A stretch of 64,000 nt of DNA from Minisyncoccota bacterium (lineage in GTDB: Bacteria > Patescibacteriota > Minisyncoccia > Phycocordibacterales > JBAYGS01): positions 217,942 to 281,941 of the forward strand of contig JBAYGS010000001.1 of NCBI GenBank assembly GCA_041666545.1, written 5' to 3'. A program made the position numbers and the translations under genes. Within the stretch, counting starts at the first letter, position 1; each line of letters starts with the position of its first letter. Positions 24,216 through 32,605 of the stretch are shown here, piece by piece. The notes beneath the pieces were generated by a model that was not told the DNA's origin, did not search any database, and saw nothing but the letters and a program-made list of their open reading frames with translations.

Positions 24216-25790
24216 TCAGTAGGATTCGGCCATGAGCGTAATCTCCACTCGTGGCAGACGATACCCATACGCCCGATCAGATTCGCCCGGGGCCCGAGGC
24301 AAGGGTTTCTTGCCACCGAAGCCTTCGGTCCGCATTCGGTTTTCGTCAATCGAATAGGTAATCGAGAGATACCTCGAAACCGATTCGGCCCGCTGTTCCG
24401 AGAGGGTGGCATTGGCAGTCTGGTCACCATCAAGCGAGGTGTGTCCGCCGATAAGAATCCGAAAAGTCGGATAGTGCTTCAGCCTTTCGACCGCCGCGTC
24501 CAACTTTTCTTTCTCGGAAACTCCTAACTCAGAAGAGCCGGTCTGAAAGATAATCGGGTCAACCCGAATACTTCCGACTGATCGAAGCTTGCTCCACTGC
24601 GCCGGAGTCAAAACCTTGAACGACCGCGCCAGCGCCGCCGTCGGATCGAGAGCTTTGACTCCCCCATCGAGACTTGCGAAACCGGTCCGCAAACCATTTT
24701 GGTAAATCGCCGTAATGAAGGTGCTGTTGATAATCCGATAAGGATCTTTGTCCGGTAAGGGACTCTCCTTGAAGTCGCCGGCCTCCAAAAGAATGGAGAC
24801 TGTCGAACCAATCGTATCAACCAAGCCTTGCTCAGCAATCTGCCCAGGACCGCTCACTCCAAACCACTCTTGGCAATTCTCGCTAAGATTTACAAAGCGT
24901 ACGCCATCGAGCATGGTCTGGATTGCCTCCTTGGGCACCTTGAGTTCGTCGTGAATGTCCTTCTTAAACTCTTCGGGGTTGTCGGCATAAAACTTCAACA
25001 CTCGGAAGTAGGTTTTGAGGAACAGGTCAACCCGCTCCGGATACTTGGTGGCAAACTCGCGGTTCACTACCAAAATATCGACTACGGCCCGGCTGATGCT
25101 TTCCGTCCCGATAATCTTGCCAACGCCCGGAATCTGCAGAGCCTTGGAGACATTCGGCTCCCAGAGTATTGCCATCGAAACTTTTTTGCTCTGCAACAGG
25201 CGCAAGGCTTCTTGAGAATCTTTGGTCTCGAAACGATGTTCGCGATCAAGATTTTTCAGAGCCGGCACATTGAAGTGCGAAGCGACCGTTTTTAGCAATT
25301 GATGACTCGGCGAACCTTGCGTGTAAGCAATCCGTGGCGAGACCCCACTTTTCAGCGAGTCGAGGTTTTGCACCAAATTGGTGTAGGCCACGATTGCGTC
25401 ATCGCCTTTGGATTCGTCGATGACCATGATAATCGTCGCCGGAAAATCGTGGGCGGCGGCGTTCAGGATTTCGGAGTCGACTGTCATCACCGCAAAGTCC
25501 AATTTGCCATCGCGCAGATTTTTATTCCGCGCTTGGTAATCGGCTCCGTCGTTCTGACACTCGAGCAAATAGCCCTCGTTGCGAAGGAACTTTTTCATCC
25601 GTCCGGAACTGACCGGGAAATACCCGATCCAATCGTCGTAGGCCAAAGTAATCTTGGCTTTGACATCTTTGGCGTCACTCGTTTTCTTCTGCAAATGGCT
25701 TTTGACCATGAGCAGAATTTTGAACGCGCCGAAGATGCCCAACATCACCACGACCATAACGATAAACGGGGCGAAGCTACTTTTTTTCAT
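24216..25790 (-). CDS. membrane-anchored fusion protein: NMT1/SsuA-like substrate-binding domain + C-terminal OmpA-like peptidoglycan-binding domain (paralog 2)
   Basis: N-terminal TM; ITLAYDDWIGYFPV binding-domain start; C-terminal OmpA_C motifs (LIGGHTSLDGDQTANATLSEQRAESVSRYL, RMRTEGFGGKKPL, RLPRVEITL); AAAAGGATAAAAATG RBS. Confidence 0.7.
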   Translation of the reverse strand: MKKSSFAPFIVMVVVMLGIFGAFKILLMVKSHLQKKTSDAKDVKAKITLAYDDWIGYFPVSSGRMKKFLRNEGYLLECQNDGADYQARNKNLRDGKLDFAVMTVDSEILNAAAHDFPATIIMVIDESKGDDAIVAYTNLVQNLDSLKSGVSPRIAYTQGSPSHQLLKTVASHFNVPALKNLDREHRFETKDSQEALRLLQSKKVSMAILWEPNVSKALQIPGVGKIIGTESISRAVVDILVVNREFATKYPERVDLFLKTYFRVLKFYADNPEEFKKDIHDELKVPKEAIQTMLDGVRFVNLSENCQEWFGVSGPGQIAEQGLVDTIGSTVSILLEAGDFKESPLPDKDPYRIINSTFITAIYQNGLRTGFASLDGGVKALDPTAALARSFKVLTPAQWSKLRSVGSIRVDPIIFQTGSSELGVSEKEKLDAAVERLKHYPTFRILIGGHTSLDGDQTANATLSEQRAESVSRYLSITYSIDENRMRTEGFGGKKPLPRAPGESDRAYGYRLPRVEITLMAESY

Positions 25791-25836
25791 TTTTATCCTT
25801 TTTGATTGGTTTTAAAGGTTCACAAATCTGTTTCCC

Positions 25837-25864
25837 ACTATACACATAAAATTTGTTTTGTCAA
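25837..25864 (-). promoter_or_regulatory. candidate sigma-70 promoter TTGACA-16-TATAGT; identical -10/leader block to 22224
   Basis: Minus-strand TTGACAAAACAAATTTTATGTGTATAGTGGGAAACAGATTTGTG. Confidence 0.5.
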
Positions 25865-25889
25865 CATAAATTCTGGATGGCTTTCTTAT

Positions 25890-25935
25890 TCGCATGCCCT
25901 GCCTGCCGGCAGGCAGGCCTATTCGTAAGGGTTCT
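25890..25935. repeat. palindromic repeat module copy with perfect 20-bp palindrome CCTGCCTGCCGGCAGGCAGG (25898-25917) flanked by TATTCGCATG / CCTATTCGTAAGGGTTCTTAACA
   Basis: Lies between the VWA-gene terminator and the 25837 promoter. Confidence 0.75.
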
Positions 25936-25945
25936 TAACAAAAAA

Positions 25946-25973
25946 GCCCCACACATGCATGCACGTGTGGGGC
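25946..25973 (-). terminator. intrinsic terminator (CCCCACACGTGCATGCATGTGTGGGG + T-tract, minus strand) after the VWA gene
   Basis: Read in sequence. Confidence 0.65.
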
Positions 25974-25987
25974 GACTGACATTGCAA

Positions 25988-26713
25988 CTAGAACTTGTCG
26001 GACTCGGCCAACACCTCCGCCAAACCCTTTTCAAGGTCCGCCGGATTGTTGGCTTCCTTGTAAACCGTTCGTCCCGGTTGATTGAGCGAGTGCCGGCTAC
26101 CAATGTGGAAGCCAATGGTGTGAATCACTACGGGTGAATCCCGCAAGATGATGTTCACATCATTTCCCGGATCAAAGCCTGCGTTGGCTTCCCCGTCGGT
26201 CACAATGACCAAGTGGTACTCGCCATAGCCAAGTTGCCGAACCGCTTGCTTGCGCAGTTGTTCGTAGCCGAGGCGAACCGCACTCGAGAGCGGAGTCGCA
26301 CCGCCGGCACCAGCTGACTGTACAGTTTGGTAGAACTGCTTGCGATTGTTAACCCCCAGGGGCACTCTTTCGGAGGGTCCGTTCGAGTCGAAGATGGCCA
26401 AACCAAGAGAAGTCTCGGCCGGGATTTTCCGACCAAAGGCTTCAATTGCCCGCTTGGCCGTCACAATCTTCGGCTCGCCGTTCTTGGCATCCGCCATACT
26501 GCCGGAGCAATCAAAGACGAGGTAGATGTTTCGTCGCATCAAATCGGCGTCGAGCACCACGCCCTTGGTCTCCACTCCCTTGATCCAGACATCTCCGAGA
26601 CGACTGGGATTGGGCGGAGCGGCCGTGGCCTGACTCGGCGGTTGATCGCCACAGCCCGAGATGATGAACACCCCGAGGAACAGTAAACCGAAGCGCTTGA
26701 TGAGCTTATTCAT
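25988..26713 (-). CDS. lipoprotein with von Willebrand factor type A (VWA) domain
   Basis: Lipobox LFLGVFIISGC; MIDAS motif DCSGSM; LVIVTDGEANAG; ATGA overlap with upstream gene. Confidence 0.8.
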   Translation of the reverse strand: MNKLIKRFGLLFLGVFIISGCGDQPPSQATAAPPNPSRLGDVWIKGVETKGVVLDADLMRRNIYLVFDCSGSMADAKNGEPKIVTAKRAIEAFGRKIPAETSLGLAIFDSNGPSERVPLGVNNRKQFYQTVQSAGAGGATPLSSAVRLGYEQLRKQAVRQLGYGEYHLVIVTDGEANAGFDPGNDVNIILRDSPVVIHTIGFHIGSRHSLNQPGRTVYKEANNPADLEKGLAEVLAESDKF

Positions 26714-28449
26714 TTCGCACCTCCCGCCGGCGCGAAGACCTGCATTTCAGTGTCACCAACAGGGATGAGATTGAACACCACCCGCATGTTGGAAGCCCAC
26801 TCTTGTTGAGTCTTGGGACGGATTGGTTCGCCATTCGCAATGCCGGTCTTGGGTTGTTCAAACCCGTGACCAACCACCGCATATTGCGACGGGTCCATCA
26901 CCACACCCTTCGACTTGGCGTAGTTGAGCAAGCTTTCCCGAACCGCGATTGCCCGCGTCAAGGAAAGATTCTTGGCCGACTGCCGCAAACGCGACAGAAC
27001 CAACTCCGGCGCATTCGCCAATTTCTTGTCGATATACTGCGTCGGGTCGGCATGACCCTCAACCGTGAGAATCGCACCGCCGTAGGTAGCTGCCAATTCA
27101 ATCGCCTTGTCATAATCAGCCTTGTACAGTTCAGCGTTGAAGCTGTTCTGGTTCGGGCTGAAGTAGATTTCGAGTGAAAGAATCGAGCCGTTGGCCAGGG
27201 GTCCTTGCTTCGTCCTTTGGTCAATAACTTTGGCAACTTCGCTCACTTGAAACCGAGGAGTTTCGCTCGCCACGGTTTGAGTCAGACCCCTTTTCAGAGC
27301 TTCGTAATCAAACCCGGCATGGGATAGACCGACCTTGCTGGTCAGAAGACCCATCGCGAGAAATGCATCCTGCATCTCCTTCGTCAAGGTCTCAAACTTA
27401 CGAACTTCCGTCGGTGTCGCAAAGAACTTCACGTTCCCCACATAGCCGACAAACTCACAATCGCCGTAAAGTCCCTTGGCATCAGCAACCGCCTGCTCGC
27501 TGTCGAGTAAGATTTTCGCCGAAGCCGTCATCAACTTGTCATACTCGGCCTTGCGATTGGCACTACCGATTACGAGCTGACTGAGACTTTCCTGAGCCGA
27601 CAGAAGTGCATGGACGAACTTTCCAACCTCCGCTTTATGAGCCTCGAAGTAATCGCTTCTCACTCCGTAAACATCGGGAATGATTCGGCTGGCAAGGGTG
27701 CGGAGAAGGATTTTCGCCCCCTTCACCGACCCTTCAGAGCCGGTGCCGACGGTGCCGTTTGAAGTCAAAGCCGCCGCATCGGGCGAGATGACAAAACAAG
27801 CGTCCACAGAGGGATCCTTCTTGAAGGCCTCGCTAGGAGCTTCCGCCGTACCCGTCAAGTCTTTCACCCAGCGGATTTTGACGTCGCTCATCTGGAGGCC
27901 GGCACTCTTGAGGACCGTGGCAAGATATTCAACATGCGGGCTGTAGGCCTGCAAGCAGACGGTCTTGCCTTTCAAATCCTTGATTGTATTGATGCCGGAT
28001 TTAACCACCAAGCAGTCGCCACCAGATGACCAGGTCATCTGGTAGATGACAACCAATTTGGTGCGCGGGTCCTTCGCTGTCAATTCGGAAGCCTGATTCA
28101 TCATTCCTGCTGTGCCCCGCAGATACGGAGTCACGCCGGAAATATAATGCTCCAACTGCTTGGCGAAAACATCCTCGCGAACCAACTTGAACTTCAAACC
28201 GGCTTGGGCGAAGATACTGCCTGGCGCCGTATTCACGCCACCGCCATTCGCATGGATGGTGGCGATGTCGCCACCCCAGGTGATAATCGGAAGCTCCATC
28301 ACGGAACCTTCCTGAACCGGGCCAACCTTCGTCTTGACCACCTCGGTAAGAGGCGGCGAAGCGATGTACTGGGCCGCGGGGAGACTTAGACTGAACGCCG
28401 CCAAAAGGCCCACAAAAACTGCGAGCAACTTTATCTTGTATTTTTTCAT
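26710..28449 (-). CDS. secreted fusion protein: NMT1/SsuA-like substrate-binding domain + C-terminal OmpA-like domain (paralog 1)
   Basis: Signal peptide MKKYKIKLLAVFVGLLAAFSLSLPAAQ; C-terminal OmpA_C motifs (ILTVEGHADPTQ, LSLTRAIAVRESL, NMRVVFNLI); start ATG 28449 with AGGAAAGG RBS (track extension to 28515 rejected). Confidence 0.7.
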   Translation of the reverse strand: MKKYKIKLLAVFVGLLAAFSLSLPAAQYIASPPLTEVVKTKVGPVQEGSVMELPIITWGGDIATIHANGGGVNTAPGSIFAQAGLKFKLVREDVFAKQLEHYISGVTPYLRGTAGMMNQASELTAKDPRTKLVVIYQMTWSSGGDCLVVKSGINTIKDLKGKTVCLQAYSPHVEYLATVLKSAGLQMSDVKIRWVKDLTGTAEAPSEAFKKDPSVDACFVISPDAAALTSNGTVGTGSEGSVKGAKILLRTLASRIIPDVYGVRSDYFEAHKAEVGKFVHALLSAQESLSQLVIGSANRKAEYDKLMTASAKILLDSEQAVADAKGLYGDCEFVGYVGNVKFFATPTEVRKFETLTKEMQDAFLAMGLLTSKVGLSHAGFDYEALKRGLTQTVASETPRFQVSEVAKVIDQRTKQGPLANGSILSLEIYFSPNQNSFNAELYKADYDKAIELAATYGGAILTVEGHADPTQYIDKKLANAPELVLSRLRQSAKNLSLTRAIAVRESLLNYAKSKGVVMDPSQYAVVGHGFEQPKTGIANGEPIRPKTQQEWASNMRVVFNLIPVGDTEMQVFAPAGGAK

Positions 28450-28565
28450 TATTCTGCCTTTCCTGTTTGTTTTCTGACAGCTCGTCTGTCTTTGCTTCTT
28501 GGCTTTTCCTTTCATTTAAGCCGTTTTTTCTAGATGCAAATGTCAACGAACGAACTTCTCCTACC

Positions 28566-28594
28566 TATATTGCATAAATATCAAGCTTTGTCAA
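28566..28594 (-). promoter_or_regulatory. candidate promoter (AAATGCTTGACAAA -35 region, as at 22246) for 28449 gene; -10 ambiguous
   Basis: Minus-strand TTGACAAAGCTTGATATTTATGCAATATAGG. Confidence 0.35.
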
Positions 28595-28672
28595 GCATTT
28601 TCGCGGGTTGGACTATTTGACTTTTTATATTTGATATGTATAGTTGAAAAAGAAATTCCGACAAAAAAAATT

Positions 28673-29173
28673 ATGAAGACCTTCCTCACCCTCGTCACAC
28701 TTACACTCTGCGTCACTTTTGGAATTTATTTCTACCCGAACTACAGCAGTTGGATCAAGCAAAAAATTTCCGAATTCCGAAAGCACCAAAAGGACAAGGT
28801 GAAAACGGCCAATTTTGAGTTCATCGAAGTTCAGCCCGACAATCCCACCAATTCCGAGGTGGAAGTTCTCAACAGGTGGCTCAAGGACAACAGGGGGCAG
28901 AAAATTGCCGCCTTTACTCAAGTAGGTCTTGGCTATCTACTTTTGACCGAAGAGGGTGACAACTCTCGCCAACTCTTTGCCGCCCTCAATTGCGGTAGCC
29001 GAGATAGTTGGACCGCTGATAACGGATTTGGGGTTGCCGATTTGCAAAGACAGTTTCAACTTACCTGGCCAGCGAGCAAAATAACAAGTTTTGCTCCCTC
29101 GCTACAAATCCGGGCAAAAAAGGCTTACATAATCCTTTATGAGAGTCAGCTCTCTAATTTGCCGACAAGATAA
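28673..29173 (+). CDS. hypothetical membrane-anchored/secreted protein (166 aa)
   Basis: ATG 28673 (track 28631); hydrophobic N-terminus; terminator follows. Confidence 0.5.
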   Translation: MKTFLTLVTLTLCVTFGIYFYPNYSSWIKQKISEFRKHQKDKVKTANFEFIEVQPDNPTNSEVEVLNRWLKDNRGQKIAAFTQVGLGYLLLTEEGDNSRQLFAALNCGSRDSWTADNGFGVADLQRQFQLTWPASKITSFAPSLQIRAKKAYIILYESQLSNLPTR

Positions 29174-29181
29174 TCGAGTTC

Positions 29182-29208
29182 GGGCCGCGCGTTTCGCGCG
29201 GCCCTTTT
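29182..29208 (+). terminator. intrinsic terminator GGGCCGCGC-GTTTC-GCGCGGCCC + TTTT
   Basis: Read in sequence. Confidence 0.8.
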
Positions 29209-29220
29209 AAATTGATTTGA

Positions 29221-29339
29221 CCCCGTTAGAGATAGGTCGCCGCAACGACGACCGTAGCAGTTAAGGTGTCTCCGGTGTTCTAAACAAAAAGGAGTTTGGC
29301 TTTGTGACTGCCATTCTTAACAAAAAATCTCTAACGTGG
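29221..29339. mobile_element. MITE-like element copy 3 (119 bp), TIR CCCCGTTAGAGAT/ATCTCTAACGTGG, flanked by 4-bp direct repeat TTGA
   Basis: TIR, internal hairpin GGTCGCCGCAACGACGACC and sub-terminal TTCTTAACAAAAAA shared with copy 2; TTGACT immediately outside right TIR. Confidence 0.7.
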
Positions 29340-29416
29340 TTGACTTCCTACTTGAATATGATAATTATAGGTCAGAGTTCAAGCACAAAACCGAACTCGG
29401 AAAAGAAAGGAAAAGT

Positions 29417-29695
29417 ATGAAGAAGGAAGAGATCATTGACGCCATCAAAGTTAAAGGTGGCGAACTGCTCCAGAAGGTCAAAGACATCATCGCCAAAGGC
29501 AACGCCAGCAAAATCCGCATCAAGGGTGAAGACGGCAAGACCGTTGCCAGCTTCCCCATCAATGTCGGCCTCATCGCCACCATCGGCGCGCCTGTCTTCG
29601 TCGCCGTTGGCGCGATGGCCGCGGTCATCAACGACTGCACAATCGAGGTGGTTCGAAAGACGGACGATAGCGAGAAATCCAAGAAAAAAAAGTAG
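29417..29695 (+). CDS. hypothetical small protein (92 aa, hydrophobic central segment, Lys-rich tail)
   Basis: GAAAGGAAAAG RBS before ATG 29417 (track 29336); terminator follows. Confidence 0.5.
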   Translation: MKKEEIIDAIKVKGGELLQKVKDIIAKGNASKIRIKGEDGKTVASFPINVGLIATIGAPVFVAVGAMAAVINDCTIEVVRKTDDSEKSKKKK

Positions 29696-29705
29696 CCCTT
29701 CCGCC

Positions 29706-29732
29706 GGCCAGACACCAAGTGTCTGGCCTTTA
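29706..29732 (+). terminator. intrinsic terminator GGCCAGACAC-CAA-GTGTCTGGCC + T-rich tail
   Basis: Read in sequence. Confidence 0.75.
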
Positions 29733-29951
29733 TATTTGGCATCGACCGAATATCAGTGGCACCAATCAAAACCTTTTCCCAACATACAATTTACTCGCGG
29801 TCGCGATAAAATTGTATGTTGGAAAATCATGCTCGGGGAAATCTTGCTTGTTGGTAAATACCGTAAGAGGATATAGATTATGTCATTTGACTTTTTTGAT
29901 TTTAACTGTAGATTAGAACTTAGAGAAACCTGAACATTTTAAAAAAGGCTA

Positions 29952-30617
29952 ATGATGAATACTGACGAAAGGCCCGTTTACATTACTAATGATGTTGAGG
30001 CCGCCGGGAATCGACTTGGCCACCACTGCGCCCTATCCTTTGGAACCTGCGTTGTCACAAGAGACGCAAACCTAATCGGCAATCGAATCACATCGTTTCC
30101 TGATCTGATTTTCTACACTGAACTCCGGCCTAGCACGATTAATTTCGAGGTTGAAGCATTAAAAGTCGGCTGCCGACAACTCATCTGTCTCGAAGAACGC
30201 ATCCGGACCGACAAGAGATTTGATCCTGACAGTAACCTGTTTGAGCCGGAAAGAGTGATGGCTTACCTACAAAAAGTTGGCGAGGATCCGAGGCTGGCCA
30301 TGGAGCGCTTTCTGGCTTGGATTGAGCGGGTGACCCTTGGCAATAAACTCAAAGTTGAGGCCGTAGCTGACACCGTCTTTTTTGACAGTGGCTTCATCAA
30401 TCTTTTCTTTGGTCCGAATCACCGAAACAAATCCCCTTACGGTTGGGGCGGGCTCGATCTCGACTCGTTGTACCGGGGTTACACCCAAAGATGGAATGCC
30501 AACCTGAGAGAGCTCGGCATTCCGGACACCAGAATCAAGCCGCACCGGGCCGATCATGACGCCTTCCTCTTGGCCCAAGTCGCCCAGAAATTGCTTTTTA
30601 TAGAGCTTGGGTGGTGA
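29952..30617 (+). CDS. DEDDh-type 3'-5' exonuclease (DnaQ/RNase T-like fold)
   Basis: Exo I DVEAAG, Exo II-like FFDSGF, Exo III HRADHDA. Confidence 0.6.
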   Translation: MMNTDERPVYITNDVEAAGNRLGHHCALSFGTCVVTRDANLIGNRITSFPDLIFYTELRPSTINFEVEALKVGCRQLICLEERIRTDKRFDPDSNLFEPERVMAYLQKVGEDPRLAMERFLAWIERVTLGNKLKVEAVADTVFFDSGFINLFFGPNHRNKSPYGWGGLDLDSLYRGYTQRWNANLRELGIPDTRIKPHRADHDAFLLAQVAQKLLFIELGW

Positions 30618-30634
30618 GTAATCTGATTCCTTCG

Positions 30635-30665
30635 CCCCGCAGGTGTACCCACCTGCGGGGCTTTT
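30635..30665 (+). terminator. intrinsic terminator CCCCGCAGGTG-TACCC-ACCTGCGGGG + TTTT
   Basis: Read in sequence. Confidence 0.8.
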
Positions 30666-30734
30666 AATTGACAAAATCGACTTTTCAAGTAGATTGATGA
30701 AAGTAGCTCATTTCAAAAAAGGGAAAACTCTGGA

Positions 30735-31007
30735 ATGAAAATCGAAAAACGCCCAGATCAGCTTTTCTGCATTTACCAAAGAGTCGGCGACCCGAAGAAA
30801 CAGCTCTGGCGTCTGAAAAGAAAAATCTGGAACACAACGGTTCCAGGCGCTCTTGAAGTCTGGCTCGGAGTTTCCTTTGCCAGGTGGCAATCTCGGCCCA
30901 TTCGGTTTTTAGCGATCACCGAAGAAATCCCCAGCCACAAGATTGGTGGCCTCTACCCTTTCCGAGCAATCAAAAGCAAATATTTTTACCTCTACCGAGG
31001 CTGGTAG
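30735..31007 (+). CDS. hypothetical protein (90 aa)
   Basis: Track ORF; terminator follows. Confidence 0.4.
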   Translation: MKIEKRPDQLFCIYQRVGDPKKQLWRLKRKIWNTTVPGALEVWLGVSFARWQSRPIRFLAITEEIPSHKIGGLYPFRAIKSKYFYLYRGW

Positions 31008-31018
31008 ATGGTTTACCA

Positions 31019-31040
31019 CCCGCATTGCAATGCGGGTTTT
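31019..31040. terminator. intrinsic terminator CCCGCATTGCAATGCGGG + TTTT shared by convergent genes
   Basis: Read in sequence. Confidence 0.7.
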
Positions 31041-31042
31041 AA

Positions 31043-31363
31043 TTACTTTAATTCTTCTCGCAATTTAGCCAAGTCAGCTTTAATCTCATCTCGTCTCAAG
31101 CGGTATTCCTCCAAAAGAGCACTCGGGTTCGAAGCTAGCCAGTCTTTTTCCCCTTCATCATAAAGGTGATAATTCGGCTCGCGACCGGTTTCAATATCTC
31201 TAATTTTAGTATTAAGTGTAATTTCTTCCTTCACCAAGGCTTCGATTTCGGCGGTCAGTCTTAAGCGGCGCTCATAAAATTCCGAGTCGTCTCGATTAGA
31301 CTCAATTTTTTCGGGTCTTTTGGGAATCTGACCAAAATTTTCAAATGGATTTTTAAACATCAA
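31043..31363 (-). CDS. hypothetical protein (106 aa, charged/helical)
   Basis: Track ORF ending at the shared terminator. Confidence 0.45.
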   Translation of the reverse strand: MMFKNPFENFGQIPKRPEKIESNRDDSEFYERRLRLTAEIEALVKEEITLNTKIRDIETGREPNYHLYDEGEKDWLASNPSALLEEYRLRRDEIKADLAKLREELK

Positions 31364-31401
31364 AGTGAGTCTGGTTAACCTAATTACTTATATGCTAACA
31401 T

Positions 31402-32298
31402 ATGAGAACTATGTCAAACAAACCACTGGAACTGCTTTATTCTAAAAATTGGCAAGATTATGAACTGATTGATTCCGGGAACGGCCAAAAGCTTGAGCGT
31501 TTCGGCCAAACTCTTTTTGTTCGTCCCGATTCGCAAGCTATCTGGCCTCCCCACTTGCCCCAAGACGAGTGGCAAAAAGCCTCAGCGACTTTTGAAACCG
31601 GCGAAAAGGACAAGGGCGGTTGGAAATATCGAAAACAATTTACCAAGCGATTCAAACTGCAATATCAGAAACTCGTTTTTTGGGCTGAGCCGACACCATT
31701 CCGGCATCTTGGCGTTTTTCCGGAACAGGCGCCACACTGGGATTTTGCTAGTGAGCAAATCGGTAAAACTAAGCAACCAGTAAAAATTTTAAACCTTTTC
31801 GGCTACACCGGATTGGCCAGCCTGGCGACCGCTTCGGCCGGAGCCGAGGTTGTGCATGTTGATGCTTCCAAAACTAGCATCGCCTGGGCCAAGGAAAATC
31901 AAAAACTCTCCGGCTTGGAGAAATCGATCATTCGCTGGATTGAGGACGACGCCTTAAAATTCGTCCGCAGAGAAATCAAGCGGGGCAATTTTTATGACGG
32001 TATTATCATGGACCCGCCAAAATTTGGCCGAGGACCAAAGGGTGAAATTTGGAAATTCGAGGAACTCTTCCCTACTTTGCTTGCTGAATGTGCCAAAATC
32101 TTGAAGCCGAGACCGCTCTTTTTCATTATCACCTCCTACGCTTCCGAAATTTCGGCCGTGAGCCTGGGCAACGCCTTAAAGATCGCGCTCAGAGCCGACG
32201 ACTCTCAAATAACTTCCGGCGAACTGACCAATCTGGAATCGGCGACCGGCAGATTGCTTTCGGAAGCTCGCTTCGCCCGCTTTCAGGGCCAAAACTAA
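31402..32298 (+). CDS. class I SAM-dependent methyltransferase, RlmI/YccW-like catalytic domain
   Basis: SAM-binding LNLFGYTGLASLATASAGA..VVHVDAS, catalytic DPPKFGRG. Confidence 0.7.
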   Translation: MRTMSNKPLELLYSKNWQDYELIDSGNGQKLERFGQTLFVRPDSQAIWPPHLPQDEWQKASATFETGEKDKGGWKYRKQFTKRFKLQYQKLVFWAEPTPFRHLGVFPEQAPHWDFASEQIGKTKQPVKILNLFGYTGLASLATASAGAEVVHVDASKTSIAWAKENQKLSGLEKSIIRWIEDDALKFVRREIKRGNFYDGIIMDPPKFGRGPKGEIWKFEELFPTLLAECAKILKPRPLFFIITSYASEISAVSLGNALKIALRADDSQITSGELTNLESATGRLLSEARFARFQGQN

Positions 32299-32340
32299 TC
32301 TGGGGATTGGCCAAGACTCCGGTCATGGTAAAATTGATTT

Positions 32341-32589
32341 ATGAAATTCACCCGCCGACCAATTAATGTCTTGGAATTCAAGAAAAATCGTCGCTACTGG
32401 CCATACTTACTGATTTCGCTTTTATTTCTGATAATCGCCTGGCTTGATGCTTTGCGAATTATTTTGGGCATCGACTCACGCTTATTTGGTTTTACTTTTC
32501 CGATGTGGCTTTCGGGCATCATTTTGGTTTTCGCCATCTACTTCGCCTACCGGTCTTTCGTCTTCTGCTTTGATTGTGACGGAAAGTAG
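32341..32589 (+). CDS. small membrane protein (82 aa, two TM)
   Basis: Track ORF; followed by 20-bp-stem hairpin. Confidence 0.4.
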   Translation: MKFTRRPINVLEFKKNRRYWPYLLISLLFLIIAWLDALRIILGIDSRLFGFTFPMWLSGIILVFAIYFAYRSFVFCFDCDGK

Positions 32590-32605
32590 CCACAAATACA
32601 AAAGT

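Noticed and set aside
28449-28515. N-terminal extension of the SBP-OmpA gene to 28515 (MKGKAKKQRQ...)
   Set aside because: The signal peptide begins at internal MKKYKIKLL (ATG 28449), which has an AGGAAAGG SD. The extension would run into the promoter region.
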